A DNA stretch of 64,000 bases from an uncultured Pseudomonadales bacterium (GTDB lineage: Bacteria > Patescibacteriota > Microgenomatia > UBA1400 > PJMF01): assembly GCA_964521215.1 (NCBI GenBank), contig CAZFRD010000001.1:59210-123209 (forward strand), written 5' to 3'. Position numbers and translations under genes: made by a program. Position 1 is the stretch's first letter. The number at the start of each line of letters is the position of its first letter. Below, piece after piece: positions 8,837 through 18,367 of the stretch. The notes beneath the pieces were generated by a model. That model made no database searches and was not told where the DNA came from. It worked only from the letters and a program-made list of their open reading frames with translations.

Positions 8837-9244
8837 ATGAACATCATCAAGGGATTTCGCGATTTCTTATTTAGAGGCAATGTGGTTGATTTAGCAGTTG
8901 CAGTGATTATTGGTGGAGCGTTTGGATCGATTGTTAATTCTTTAGTCAAAGATATTGTTACACCCATCATCGGAGCCATTGGTGGACAACCAGATTTTTC
9001 TGGCATTTATTTCACCGTCAATAATAGTAAATTTATGGTTGGAAGTTTCATCAACGCAGTTATCTCGTTTGCAATGATTGCCGCCGTGATTTACTTTATT
9101 GTTATCTTGCCGATGGATAAAATCATGAAAGCGATGAAAAAAGATGAGAAAAAAGATCCAACTGAAAAAACATGTGGCGAATGCTTAAGCCAAATTCCTC
9201 TCAAGGCCAAGCGCTGTAAATTTTGCACGTCGGTAGTGAAATAG
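8837..9244 (+). CDS. mscL: large-conductance mechanosensitive channel MscL with a C-terminal CxxC...CxxC extension
   Basis: N-terminus MNIIKGFRDFLFRGNVVDLAVAVIIGGAFGSIVNSLVKDIVTPIIG closely matches MscL TM1. The C-terminus ends ...KTCGECLSQIPLKAKRCKFCTSVVK. Confidence 0.9.
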   Translation: MNIIKGFRDFLFRGNVVDLAVAVIIGGAFGSIVNSLVKDIVTPIIGAIGGQPDFSGIYFTVNNSKFMVGSFINAVISFAMIAAVIYFIVILPMDKIMKAMKKDEKKDPTEKTCGECLSQIPLKAKRCKFCTSVVK

Positions 9245-9265
9245 AACAAAAATATTAGGCAAAAA

Positions 9266-9278
9266 CTGCGGTTCGCAG
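9266..9278. terminator. short hairpin in the 40-nt convergent gap between mscL and the antiporter gene
   Basis: ctgcg-gtt-cgcag, preceded by an A-run and followed by aattgatt. Weak candidate for a bidirectional terminator. Confidence 0.3.
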
Positions 9279-9284
9279 AATTGA

Positions 9285-10934
9285 TTACAGACGATTGATT
9301 GCTACTCTGGCGTATTTGCGTTTATCATGACCAAATCGTTCAACTAAACTGCCAAGGGTATCGGCAGCTTGATGGTGAGGAACAATCACGAATGCCGCGC
9401 CAGCTTGATAAAGTTGGTAGGCATCTTGTTTGGATGAGGCAAAAAAGAGCAAAGTAGCTGGCTTGAGTAGTGACTGGAAGTATTTGCAGATCACCAAATT
9501 GATTTCTACCGTGGGTAGGGTTGAGATTACCACTCTCAATGCTTCGGTGGGCAAACTTTGCAAAAACTCCAAATCACTGGCATCCCCATACAGATGCTTG
9601 ACCTTTTTTGCTTCTAGAATCTCAACTTGCTTGGGATCAAAATCAACCACTAATGTCTTGAACTCACGTTGTTTGAGAGATTTGAGCAGTTGCTCGCCCA
9701 CCCGATTGTAGCCGATTAATAACGCAGAATATTGAGTTGGTTTTTTGCTAGTTTGATTGCCAGTTTTTCTTAGTCTCGGTAACAAGGGAATAATTCGTTG
9801 CTCAATTGTTTCTAATTGAGGAATCACTAAACTGGAAATTAGAATTGCAATAATTCCCACGATGGTCGTTAGGGTCACAGCCGAATCGGTGAGCCAGCCC
9901 GTCTTTAACCAAATGGCGACTAAAATAAAGCTGAATTCACTGAGTTGTCCCAAGCTGAGAGCGGTTTTAACGTTGACTCGGCGATGGTAACCAAATTTCT
10001 GCATTAACAAGACGATAATCATTGGTTTGATGACAACTACAAAGAAAACTAATAGCAAGCAAGGAATGATCAGATCGGCAACCGAACTAAAAGAAATGGC
10101 GGTGCCCAAAGTCACAAAGAAAATTAACACAAAAAAATCTCTCAGCGGTTTGAGTCTAGAGCTAATTTCTTCTGCAAAATCGCTGGTCGAAAGTAAAACT
10201 CCTGCAAACAGAGCGCCGATTTCTGGACTGAGGCCGACAAGTGAAAATAAACTGGCAATGGCAAAACCCCAAGCCAAAGAGAAAACAAAGAGAGACTCTT
10301 GATTGCGAGCGATTATTGGCAGGAGCTTGGGTAAAAAGTAAGATTGGATTAGTAATAATGAGCCAACCAACGCCACCACTAAGCCCAACTGAAGAAAAAA
10401 GGAGTAATTGGCAATTAGTATGTGTTGGTTGGCTGAGTTACCCAGAAAAATTAAGGCCAAGCTGACAATGATGTCCTGAATAATTAAAATGCCAATGGCA
10501 ATCCTGGCATGCAAAGATTCCAATTGTTTCGCATCTCCCAATAATTTGAGAACCAAGATGGTGCTACTTAGGGCAAAAGTCAGTCCAAGCAGAATTGCTT
10601 GTAACACTGAAAAATCAAGTAAAAAGAACACCGCCGACCCGATCAGGGTAGACATTGCGACTTGTAAACTACCAATAGCAATGACCCGTATGCCTAACTC
10701 TTTTATAACCGTTGGTGATAAGTGGATGCCAACGATAAAAAGTAAGATAATCACTCCAAATTCGGAAAAGGCGCTAAGCACCTCGGTCGACTGGATTAAT
10801 TGAAGAGCGTTGGGACCGATGAGCATCCCCGTTGCAATGTAACCAAGTAGGGGTGGCAAGCGAAAGCGTTCTAAAATGATTAGCAAAAGCGCAATAAACC
10901 CAAGAATCAGGCTGATTTCTATGAATAAAGACAT
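9285..10934 (-). CDS. monovalent cation:proton antiporter (CPA2, KefB-like) with C-terminal RCK/TrkA-N domain
   Basis: About 12 transmembrane helices are followed by a Rossmann-like segment, LLIGYNRVGEQLLKSLKQREFKTLVVDFDPKQVEILEAKKVKHLYGDASD. Confidence 0.8.
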   Translation of the reverse strand: MSLFIEISLILGFIALLLIILERFRLPPLLGYIATGMLIGPNALQLIQSTEVLSAFSEFGVIILLFIVGIHLSPTVIKELGIRVIAIGSLQVAMSTLIGSAVFFLLDFSVLQAILLGLTFALSSTILVLKLLGDAKQLESLHARIAIGILIIQDIIVSLALIFLGNSANQHILIANYSFFLQLGLVVALVGSLLLIQSYFLPKLLPIIARNQESLFVFSLAWGFAIASLFSLVGLSPEIGALFAGVLLSTSDFAEEISSRLKPLRDFFVLIFFVTLGTAISFSSVADLIIPCLLLVFFVVVIKPMIIVLLMQKFGYHRRVNVKTALSLGQLSEFSFILVAIWLKTGWLTDSAVTLTTIVGIIAILISSLVIPQLETIEQRIIPLLPRLRKTGNQTSKKPTQYSALLIGYNRVGEQLLKSLKQREFKTLVVDFDPKQVEILEAKKVKHLYGDASDLEFLQSLPTEALRVVISTLPTVEINLVICKYFQSLLKPATLLFFASSKQDAYQLYQAGAAFVIVPHHQAADTLGSLVERFGHDKRKYARVAINRL

Positions 10935-11237
10935 TTAACCTGCCCTATTTTTAATCCGTACTCCCACCTGGTCGATCAGTGGGTAACGGAGTTTAACCTT
11001 ATCCCAAAATTTCTCGGCCAATTTTTGAGAATATTGTGCATGTTGGCCTCGTTCCATTCCAGCGCACAAGCGTCGTTCCCAACTTCTAACCACTTCTACC
11101 ACTTTTTGTCCCTCGGTATGAAATTGGGTTTCGTTTGAGCGATCCTCAGAAAATTGTTGATGAATTGGATCAAAAGCATTAAGTAAATCTGCATGTTTTT
11201 CATTCATCAACTGATAGTAGCGGTCATTTTTCGTCAT
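10935..11237 (-). CDS. hypothetical protein, translationally coupled to glgP
   Basis: 100 aa, starting MTKNDRYYQLMNEK... at ATG 11237. This ATG overlaps the glgP TGA stop within the bases ATGA. The longer tracked ORF 10935..11330 lies inside the glgP 3' end in another frame. Confidence 0.4.
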   Translation of the reverse strand: MTKNDRYYQLMNEKHADLLNAFDPIHQQFSEDRSNETQFHTEGQKVVEVVRSWERRLCAGMERGQHAQYSQKLAEKFWDKVKLRYPLIDQVGVRIKNRAG

Positions 11238-12886
11238 AAAGCATAAAGTTTTTCTTGATACTCGCCGAACATGCGTTCGGTGGAAAAACGCTCGAATAGC
11301 TCGATCGATCCCTTCATCCGATTGACCCATTCTTCAGAAAATCCTTGATCGTTTTTTTGAAAATACATATTTTGAGCCTCTTGCAATTTTTCGTTGAGAC
11401 TAGTGGTAAGATCATCATGCTTGAGTATCCAGCCAAGATTATTCCAATCAACCTCGCTGGTCCACCCGTCTTGGACGGTAACTTGTAGTACGCCATTAGC
11501 AATGGCTTTCATGCCAGAAGTACCCGAGGCTTCCTTACCTTTGATGGGAGTGTTAAGCCAAATATCCGAACCCTTAGTCAAAAACTGAGCAATTTCGATA
11601 TTATAGTTCGGAATGAACAGGGCGTAGCCAGCTAGATCGGTAGAAAAATGTTGAATTACTTCTTTGAGCACATCTTTACTATATGAATCACCAAAATGGG
11701 CTTTTCCAGCGACGAGAAACTGGACCTCACGACCGTGTTGAGTAAAAATTCTACGCAGAGCTTCAATATCAGAGAAGAGAGAGCCAAGTTGTTTATAACC
11801 TGCTATCCGCCTTGCCCAGGTTACTACTAAGCGGTGGTGATCGTAACCAAAACCAGTAGTAGCTTGGACGAAGTCTCGTAATTGTTCTTTGAGTTGATAA
11901 TGTCGTTGCCAAAGTTGGTGTGAGTCGGTGGCGCTGGCTTTGATTTGACTATCTTGCCAGGTGGTTCGGTGTACGCCATTAGTAATATTTATCCAGTTGT
12001 AGTCTGGCCAGACTTGCTTACTCAGATCGGTGTGAACTTGGCTAACACCGCTGGCAATATGGGACACGTTAAGTGCAGCAGACGTCACAGAGAAGGAGTC
12101 GGGATTGCCAGCACTCCCCAGAGACAGCAGTTGCTGAGGACTAATTTGCATTTCTTTGGCATAGGGCTCAGCCAGAGGCAGGAGCGCTGATACTGGATAA
12201 GTCATATTGCCCGCCGACACCAGCGTATGATTGGTATAGACAATTTTATTTTTAACTAAACGGAGAGCGCTTTCAGCCACCACCTGGTGTTGTTTCATCA
12301 TGTCTAAAATTAGTTGCCAATGAGCAAAAACTGGTCGTCCTTCATTGAGGTGAAAAAGACGCGGGACAATACCCAATTCGGTCAATAGTTTGATGGCGCC
12401 AACCCCTTGCACAATTTCTTGTTTGAGTTGATAGTCGGTATCGCCAGTGTAAAGAAATTGAGTAATTTTTCGTAAATGAGGGGGATTTTGATCAGTGTCA
12501 GAATCAAGCAAATATAGAATAGTTTGTTCGGAAAAGGTTTTTTTCCAACAGCGGAGCCAAACTGATTCGGCTCCAACTTGGACTGAAATAAATAGTGGTT
12601 GGTCGCCATCCACGTAGACATGTTCCAGCCCGACGGCAACTGGGTCAAAAAGCCATTGTTCTTCTAGTTGTTCCCCGCTAGGCGTAATGGTTTGCTTCAT
12701 GTATTGACCTCGATAAAGCAAACCGACACCCACAAAAGGCAAATGATTGTCTGCAGCCTGCTTCATAGTATCGCCTGCCAGAATGCCTAATCCACCAGCG
12801 TAAATGGGAATGGCGTGGTCAAAGCCAAATTCGGCACTCAAGTAGGCAATGGGTGTCTCCAGGACTGGTAAGTTGGCAGGCAGCAT
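11234..12886 (-). CDS. glgP: alpha-glucan (glycogen/maltodextrin) phosphorylase, GT35
   Basis: N-terminus MLPANLPVLETPIAYLSAEFGFDHAIPIYAGGLGILAGDTMKQAADNHLPFVGVGLLYRGQY. The pyridoxal-phosphate region contains EASGTSGMK. The C-terminus ends FSTERMFGEYQEKLY. Confidence 0.8.
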   Translation of the reverse strand: MLPANLPVLETPIAYLSAEFGFDHAIPIYAGGLGILAGDTMKQAADNHLPFVGVGLLYRGQYMKQTITPSGEQLEEQWLFDPVAVGLEHVYVDGDQPLFISVQVGAESVWLRCWKKTFSEQTILYLLDSDTDQNPPHLRKITQFLYTGDTDYQLKQEIVQGVGAIKLLTELGIVPRLFHLNEGRPVFAHWQLILDMMKQHQVVAESALRLVKNKIVYTNHTLVSAGNMTYPVSALLPLAEPYAKEMQISPQQLLSLGSAGNPDSFSVTSAALNVSHIASGVSQVHTDLSKQVWPDYNWINITNGVHRTTWQDSQIKASATDSHQLWQRHYQLKEQLRDFVQATTGFGYDHHRLVVTWARRIAGYKQLGSLFSDIEALRRIFTQHGREVQFLVAGKAHFGDSYSKDVLKEVIQHFSTDLAGYALFIPNYNIEIAQFLTKGSDIWLNTPIKGKEASGTSGMKAIANGVLQVTVQDGWTSEVDWNNLGWILKHDDLTTSLNEKLQEAQNMYFQKNDQGFSEEWVNRMKGSIELFERFSTERMFGEYQEKLYAL

Positions 12887-12949
12887 TAGATTTCTAGTGT
12901 ATCACGATCCTACTAGTCAATCGAGTCATTCTTTTGCTACTATGTATCT

Positions 12950-14008
12950 ATGAATTATGAAGAAATAGTAGCATTGTTGGGGAGCGAGGCAGAATCACTG
13001 CTCAATCATAGCTGTGAAAAAATTCCCAAAGAGATCATTACCTTGCCTGGTCCAGACAAAGTATTGACGGTGTTTCGAGATACTAATCGATCGAGTCGAG
13101 TGATTGCCAACCTACAAAGACTTTATCATCATGGACGATTGGCTGGCACTGGTTATTTGTCTATTTTTCCCGTTGATCAGGGCCTGGAGCACACGGCGGC
13201 TTATTCATTTTACCAACAACCGCAATATTTTGACCCCCAGGCAATTTTGGAGATGGCCGTGGCCGGAGCATGTAGCGGCGTGGCTAGTTCATTTGGTGTT
13301 TTATCACTGGTTGCAAAAAAATATCAAAATAGGATTCCATTTGTTGTAAAAATCAATCATAGCGAACACTTGACTCTTCCAGAGAAAACCGATCAACTAA
13401 TATTTTCCAGTGTAGATCAAGCAGCAGCAATTGGGGCGGTCGCAATTGGTGCGACTGTTTACTTTGGATCGGACAACTCACACAGACAAATAGAACAAGT
13501 AACTCAAATTTTTGAAAGAGCGCACCAACTAGGTTTGGCCACCATCCTCTGGTGTTACCCAAGAAACGATCAGTTCGTGGAAAATGGTCAATCATATGAG
13601 GATGCGGTGGATATTACCGCTCAAGCGATTCATCTGGGAGTAACAATGGGGGCAGACATTGTTAAACAGAAACTTCCCAGTCACCTTAGGGGATTTCAAG
13701 CCCTAGATTTTTCTAAGTACGACCCCCAAATGTACGATAGATTGTTAACCGATCACCCAATTGATTTGGTACGATACCAAGTGATCCATGCTTATGCTGG
13801 CAGAATTGGATTAATTAACTCTGGAGGCGAAAATTTAGGTGTAGATAATTTACGCTCTGCAGTGAGACAAGCAGTCATCAATAAACGGGCTGGAGGTCAT
13901 GGCTTAATTATGGGTAGAAAAGTCTTCAAAAGTAGTCGGGCAGAGGGTTTGCAACTGCTCAGAGCCGTGCAGGACGTATACTTAGAACCAAAAATCACAA
14001 TTGCTTGA
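12950..14008 (+). CDS. fbaB: class I fructose-bisphosphate aldolase (FbaB/DhnA type)
   Basis: Collinear with E. coli FbaB along the full length: ...LQRLYHHGRLAGTGYLSIFPVDQGLEHTAAYSF...IPFVVKINHSE...ADIVKQK...IDLVRYQ...GLINSGG...AVINKRAGGHGLIMGRKVFK.... Confidence 0.9.
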   Translation: MNYEEIVALLGSEAESLLNHSCEKIPKEIITLPGPDKVLTVFRDTNRSSRVIANLQRLYHHGRLAGTGYLSIFPVDQGLEHTAAYSFYQQPQYFDPQAILEMAVAGACSGVASSFGVLSLVAKKYQNRIPFVVKINHSEHLTLPEKTDQLIFSSVDQAAAIGAVAIGATVYFGSDNSHRQIEQVTQIFERAHQLGLATILWCYPRNDQFVENGQSYEDAVDITAQAIHLGVTMGADIVKQKLPSHLRGFQALDFSKYDPQMYDRLLTDHPIDLVRYQVIHAYAGRIGLINSGGENLGVDNLRSAVRQAVINKRAGGHGLIMGRKVFKSSRAEGLQLLRAVQDVYLEPKITIA

Positions 14009-14030
14009 TCTGCTGATGGAGTTGTTTACA

Positions 14031-15242
14031 CTAAACAGTAAATTGACCATCAGCGTATATTACTTTTGATGTTCCATCGGTCAGCGTGGCAGTAACGGTA
14101 CGATTGGTAGTGCTAATAATGTCGGTGTGCTCTGGCGAGTCGTTGAAACCAAGCTTTTCCCAATCAGCACTAGTTAAACTGGCTTTTTCGCCACGCAGGC
14201 AATCTTTGTAAGCCATACCAATCGCCACATGGGTGTTCCCTTCTGGACCTCCTAGGTTTTCATCATAGAGAGTTTCGGCCATAAAATGAGTAATTCTAGA
14301 TAGGCGCTTATCAGTCAAAGAAAATTCACCCAATTTATTAGCATTTGGACTTTTGATCATTGTCTGCAGCAATGAGTCGCCCTTAGTGGCGGTAGCTTTG
14401 GTGATAATTCCATCTTTAAAGTGAAGTTCAATGCCCTCGAGAATATTGCCGTAGCGGTAGAGTGGTTGATTTAAACGGATATGGCCTTGGGTGCCTCGCC
14501 AATCTGGACTAGTGAATAGCTCGAAGCTAGGTATATTTCGATCCGCGCCACCCTTCCATTGGCGGTTGGCGCCAAGCTGGATGTGCAAATCAACATCTGG
14601 ACCGGTAATGTGAACCTGTTCAATCGATAATGCGTTGAGCTTGTCACGCAGTTCTTGTTGTAACCGTTTCACCTTTCGCCACTCTTCAATGGGATCCGCC
14701 TGATCGAGAAAACAAGCTTTGATAATTTGTTGCCAGTAGTCTTCTAGACTCAAGCCAACGATTTTCGCTTTTGCCTCCACCCCCCAAAGTGCTAGGGTCC
14801 AGGTAAACTTGCCCTGAATTTCCTTATCCATCAACCAATCTCGGTAGGGTTTTTGAGTGTTGCGAGCCAACATAATGGAGTCAGGATCGATATCCTTCAA
14901 TTCTTCGGGATAGGGATCGGCCAAAATGGCAATTGAATGGTCGATTAAGTCGGCGCGAGTCTGCAGATGTTTTTCTGGGAAAAAAGTCAGTTGCTCTTTT
15001 GAAGCAATTGAATAGTAATCCTTGTCGAAACCAGTGGGTAGCAGGCGCATCAGCACATGTGCGCCAGCCTTGAGTAATGTGTTCTGCAAAGCTAGGGCTA
15101 GTGGTTTGGCCACATCGGGAACTAAACATTGAACCACCTCGCCTTCATTGATACCCTCAGTTTGGCCTAAGGCAAAATGCACCAATACAGCTGCATATTT
15201 ATCTAGTATTTCCGCTGGTGGAGAATAAATGCTATCAGACAT
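14031..15242 (-). CDS. M29-family aminopeptidase (AmpS/PepS-like)
   Basis: About 400 aa; likely start MSDSIYSPPAEILDKYAAVLV. The C-terminal half contains ...GANRQWKGGADRNIPSFELFTSP...GEFSLTDKRLSRITHFMAETLYDENLGGPEGNTHVAIG.... Confidence 0.65.
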   Translation of the reverse strand: MSDSIYSPPAEILDKYAAVLVHFALGQTEGINEGEVVQCLVPDVAKPLALALQNTLLKAGAHVLMRLLPTGFDKDYYSIASKEQLTFFPEKHLQTRADLIDHSIAILADPYPEELKDIDPDSIMLARNTQKPYRDWLMDKEIQGKFTWTLALWGVEAKAKIVGLSLEDYWQQIIKACFLDQADPIEEWRKVKRLQQELRDKLNALSIEQVHITGPDVDLHIQLGANRQWKGGADRNIPSFELFTSPDWRGTQGHIRLNQPLYRYGNILEGIELHFKDGIITKATATKGDSLLQTMIKSPNANKLGEFSLTDKRLSRITHFMAETLYDENLGGPEGNTHVAIGMAYKDCLRGEKASLTSADWEKLGFNDSPEHTDIISTTNRTVTATLTDGTSKVIYADGQFTV

Positions 15243-15302
15243 AAGGCATGATTGTACAAATGAAAGCGTTAAACTACAAGTCAAGAAAACTGGATTTCTA
15301 TA

Positions 15303-17423
15303 TTAATGACCCATAATCCGAGCGATAGACCTTGAGAATTTAAAAAGTGATAGCCTCATAGTTTTACCATTGATGATGAATATTCTTGGGAAAATAATTT
15401 TACTCGACGATGGGGCATATAATCTACCATTTATAGCCTGAAGTTTCGGTAAGCTAATTGAGGTGGCTGATCTTGCTATAAATGTCCCATTGATTAACTG
15501 AAGTTCTGGTAAATAGATTGTGGTAGCTGGGTCTGCATTAAAAAACGAACCGATTGACCGAAGTTGGGGCAAATTAATGCTAGTGGCCGAGTCCAGAGAG
15601 AAATATCCGCCGACTGATTGAAGCTGCGGTAACTCGATGCTCGTGACTGACCACAGCCAGAGGTTCTCGCCGACAGATTGAAGCTGCGGTAACTCGATGC
15701 TCTTGACTGACCTCAGCCAGAGGTTCTCGCCGACAGATTGAAGCTGCGGTAACTCGATGCTCGTGGCTAACTCTATCAAGAATTTCCCGCCGACTGATCT
15801 AAGTTGGGGTAATATAATTCTCGTGGTTGACCACAATTCGAAAAACCCAATAACTGAGGTTAGTTTATCATATTGAGAACTTTCCCGTGATTCGTCAATC
15901 AAGTTACCTTTTACCTCGATAAGGAGATTCTTCATTTCTGGCTTAAGCGAAGTGCAGTCAAGAGTAAGACCGGTAACTTTGGCGAGAGCTAAAAGAGTTT
16001 CTTTCTGAGTATTTTCGTTAAAAACTACCTTTCCAACAAATACAGACTTATCCTCTCCATCTAATAATTCGTCAATGGTTTTCTTCTCCCCATTATAGGT
16101 GATTACCTCATCATGTTCTATTTTGATATTATTGGTATCACCAAAACTTCTAATATTAACTTGTGGATTTAAACCCGAGAGTTGTTTGAGAATTCCCAAG
16201 AAATCAGCAAACCACGGTTCTTGACCAGTCAACAACTCATCGTTCTTCTTCTTCATTTGACTTAATTGATTTGAAATCGGTTGGTATTCTATTGTTAAAA
16301 GTGGCTTGCCAGTTCCATCTCTAACTGACCAAATCTCCACTCTACCCTCGATAATATTGTTAAGATAATGATCACTTTTTCCTACACAATGATTCATCCA
16401 AACTGACTCCTGTGCGAGTTGTTGGCGGTTGTTTAATCTAAATAATCTCAATTTACCATATGATGTGAGAAATTCGGGTTGTGATGTGGGGTTGGCTACC
16501 AACTCTTCCCTAAATTTTCTAATTGCTTGCTGAGTTCCTTGTCGATGTTTTTCGATAGTGGCAGCAATTCCCATCTCAGTGCTAATCAGCAATGTGTAGT
16601 TTTCAACAATGGCATCAGCTAGGGATTGCCAACCACCTAGAGGTATATCTCTATTGGCCAATTTTAAGTATCTGTGTACTTTTATTTTGACAACTTTGTA
16701 ATCTGGGTGTGCAATATCAATACCTCTTTCAGCTAATGAGTTTTCGAGTTCTGGGAGGTTAAGACTCTCATTATATTTGCTTTGCTCATCCGATAATTGT
16801 ATTGGCCCATTACTTTGTATGGGATTGTCTGAATTGGTCAGATCAAGGTATAGGTATGGGACAACTATTAAATCACCTCCGCCCGCAATGGTATGCAAAT
16901 CTCTTGCTATTTCAGGTTTAAAACCATATCTTCTCTCAAGAAGCCAATTGAGTGCCTTGTTGAATCCATGAAGTGATATTCTCTCGAAACCTTTCTTTTT
17001 TGCTTTTTTTATTATTTTCTCTATGTTGCCGGTTATTAAATCTGTTGGCGCCTTTCTGTCTTTAAACCTTTTTACTCCGAAGTATTTAAGATCCAATTCT
17101 GGTCCATGAGAAGTTTGAATTTCATCACAAACAAGAAAGCCTATGACATTGCCATCTACTAACCAGAGTTTATTAAATTCTGATGTTCCTGAGTTTAAGC
17201 AACGGACAATATCTCCCACCATTTGCAACGAAATCATAGTGGGAACAACATCATCCATATCCCTAAGTATTTGGGCAATGATTTCATTAGCATTTGAATG
17301 AAGTAGTTCAACAATTTTTTGATGGTCGCCAACAGGCACTATGTCATATGAAGGTTCAATATCCTCTTTCACAATTATAATGATACAAATTTTGATTTGA
17401 GAACACAAGGGGGGGGCTGTCAA
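15303..17423 (-). CDS. large surface-protein candidate: N-terminal PcfJ-like region (tentative) and C-terminal LRR-like 20-aa tandem repeats
   Basis: 706-aa ORF. The central region has WMNHCVGKSDHYLNNIIEGRVEIWSVRDGTGKPLLTIEY. The C-terminus has at least seven repeats of the form TSIELPQLQSVGENLWLRSV. The start is unclear: TTG at 17423, or in-frame ATGs further downstream. Confidence 0.5.
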   Translation of the reverse strand: MTAPPLCSQIKICIIIIVKEDIEPSYDIVPVGDHQKIVELLHSNANEIIAQILRDMDDVVPTMISLQMVGDIVRCLNSGTSEFNKLWLVDGNVIGFLVCDEIQTSHGPELDLKYFGVKRFKDRKAPTDLITGNIEKIIKKAKKKGFERISLHGFNKALNWLLERRYGFKPEIARDLHTIAGGGDLIVVPYLYLDLTNSDNPIQSNGPIQLSDEQSKYNESLNLPELENSLAERGIDIAHPDYKVVKIKVHRYLKLANRDIPLGGWQSLADAIVENYTLLISTEMGIAATIEKHRQGTQQAIRKFREELVANPTSQPEFLTSYGKLRLFRLNNRQQLAQESVWMNHCVGKSDHYLNNIIEGRVEIWSVRDGTGKPLLTIEYQPISNQLSQMKKKNDELLTGQEPWFADFLGILKQLSGLNPQVNIRSFGDTNNIKIEHDEVITYNGEKKTIDELLDGEDKSVFVGKVVFNENTQKETLLALAKVTGLTLDCTSLKPEMKNLLIEVKGNLIDESRESSQYDKLTSVIGFFELWSTTRIILPQLRSVGGKFLIELATSIELPQLQSVGENLWLRSVKSIELPQLQSVGENLWLWSVTSIELPQLQSVGGYFSLDSATSINLPQLRSIGSFFNADPATTIYLPELQLINGTFIARSATSISLPKLQAINGRLYAPSSSKIIFPRIFIINGKTMRLSLFKFSRSIARIMGH
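15421..15840 (-). repeat. seven in-register 60-nt tandem repeats (coding)
   Basis: Units begin at 15421, 15481, 15541, 15601, 15661, 15721 and 15781. Units 15661..15720 and 15721..15780 are about 90% identical; the outer units are more diverged. Confidence 0.85.
17409..17416 (-). repeat. homopolymeric G8/C8 tract at the 5' end of the LRR gene
   Basis: The sequence is ...caagggggggg ctgt... It lies 5-14 nt inside the TTG-started ORF, encoding Pro-Pro, or in the 5'UTR/promoter if a downstream ATG is used. Confidence 0.8.
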
Positions 17424-17450
17424 TGTGTTCGAATGTGAAAAAAAAGTACA

Positions 17451-18059
17451 TTAAATGACAAAAAAATCAGGATGAGTATGCAAATACATTTTAGTTTGCT
17501 CAAGCGCTTTTTGCCGATGAGAATGTTGATTTTTGATATGACTGCCCAACTGAGCAAAAGTTTGGTCAAATCCTGAAGGGATAAAGATTGGGTCGTAGCC
17601 AAAACCAGCTGAGCCTATTAGCTGTGAAGCGATCGTTCCCTCAACCTTGCCAGTGTAACAGACGTTTTGGCGTGATCTCGGGTTGAATAGACAGGCCGAA
17701 CAGACAAATCTAGCAGATCTTTGTGGTTTGCCTTCCATTTTTTTTAGCAAAGCTAGGCAACGGTCGTTATCACTCCCGGAAAGCCAACGAGCACTATTTA
17801 CGCCCGGCTCACCATTTAATGCATCAACCATCAACCCGGAGTCTTCTGCCAGAGTGGGAATACCTGTAAGTTGAGCGTAAGTTTGGGCTTTGATGAGCGC
17901 ATTGGCCTCAAAAGTAGTACCAGATTCTGCCACTGGTTGAATTTTAAGTAAGGGAAGATCGCTCAACGACAAAACTTCGCAATTGAGCGAGGCTAAGATA
18001 GCCTTAGCCTCCACGATTTTTCCCTCATTGGTAGAAGCAAATAGCAACTTGCCAACCAT
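17451..18059 (-). CDS. rdgB: non-canonical purine NTP pyrophosphatase (RdgB/HAM1 family)
   Basis: MVGKLLFASTNEGKIVEAK...FEANALIKAQ...LAEDSGLMVDALNGEPGVNSARW...GFGYDPIF. Confidence 0.85.
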   Translation of the reverse strand: MVGKLLFASTNEGKIVEAKAILASLNCEVLSLSDLPLLKIQPVAESGTTFEANALIKAQTYAQLTGIPTLAEDSGLMVDALNGEPGVNSARWLSGSDNDRCLALLKKMEGKPQRSARFVCSACLFNPRSRQNVCYTGKVEGTIASQLIGSAGFGYDPIFIPSGFDQTFAQLGSHIKNQHSHRQKALEQTKMYLHTHPDFFVI

Positions 18060-18347
18060 TTATTGACCCATTTTGCCCAATAGTCCACCCAAGCCACCAG
18101 TCATACTTTGCAGTTTTTTGGCGGCTAGTTCTTGAGATTTCTTGATTGCTTCATTGAGTACTGAGATAGCATCTTCGCTAGAAATACCTTGAACGGAAAA
18201 CTGTCTGATCTTTTGGTCGCCAGTGATGACTACGCGGATATCACCTTTTTCGATCACAATTTCTTCTTTGGCCAATTCGTCTTGCATTTGCTTGGCTTGT
18301 TGACGGAGCGAGTTCAAATCTCCCAGAGCTTTTAAGGGATTTTGCAT
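18060..18347 (-). CDS. ybaB: YbaB/EbfC nucleoid-associated protein
   Basis: 95 aa: ...LRQQAKQMQDELAKEEIVIEKGDIRVVITGDQKIRQFSV.... It sits in the conserved position just downstream of dnaX. Confidence 0.85.
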   Translation of the reverse strand: MQNPLKALGDLNSLRQQAKQMQDELAKEEIVIEKGDIRVVITGDQKIRQFSVQGISSEDAISVLNEAIKKSQELAAKKLQSMTGGLGGLLGKMGQ

Positions 18348-18367
18348 AGAGTCCTTTCTAAATTACA

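Noticed and set aside
10935-11330. 131-aa ORF as a frameshifted C-terminal extension of glgP
   Set aside because: glgP already ends with the conserved FS.ERM..EY..KLY tail. The downstream gene more likely starts at ATG 11237, overlapping the glgP stop within the bases ATGA.
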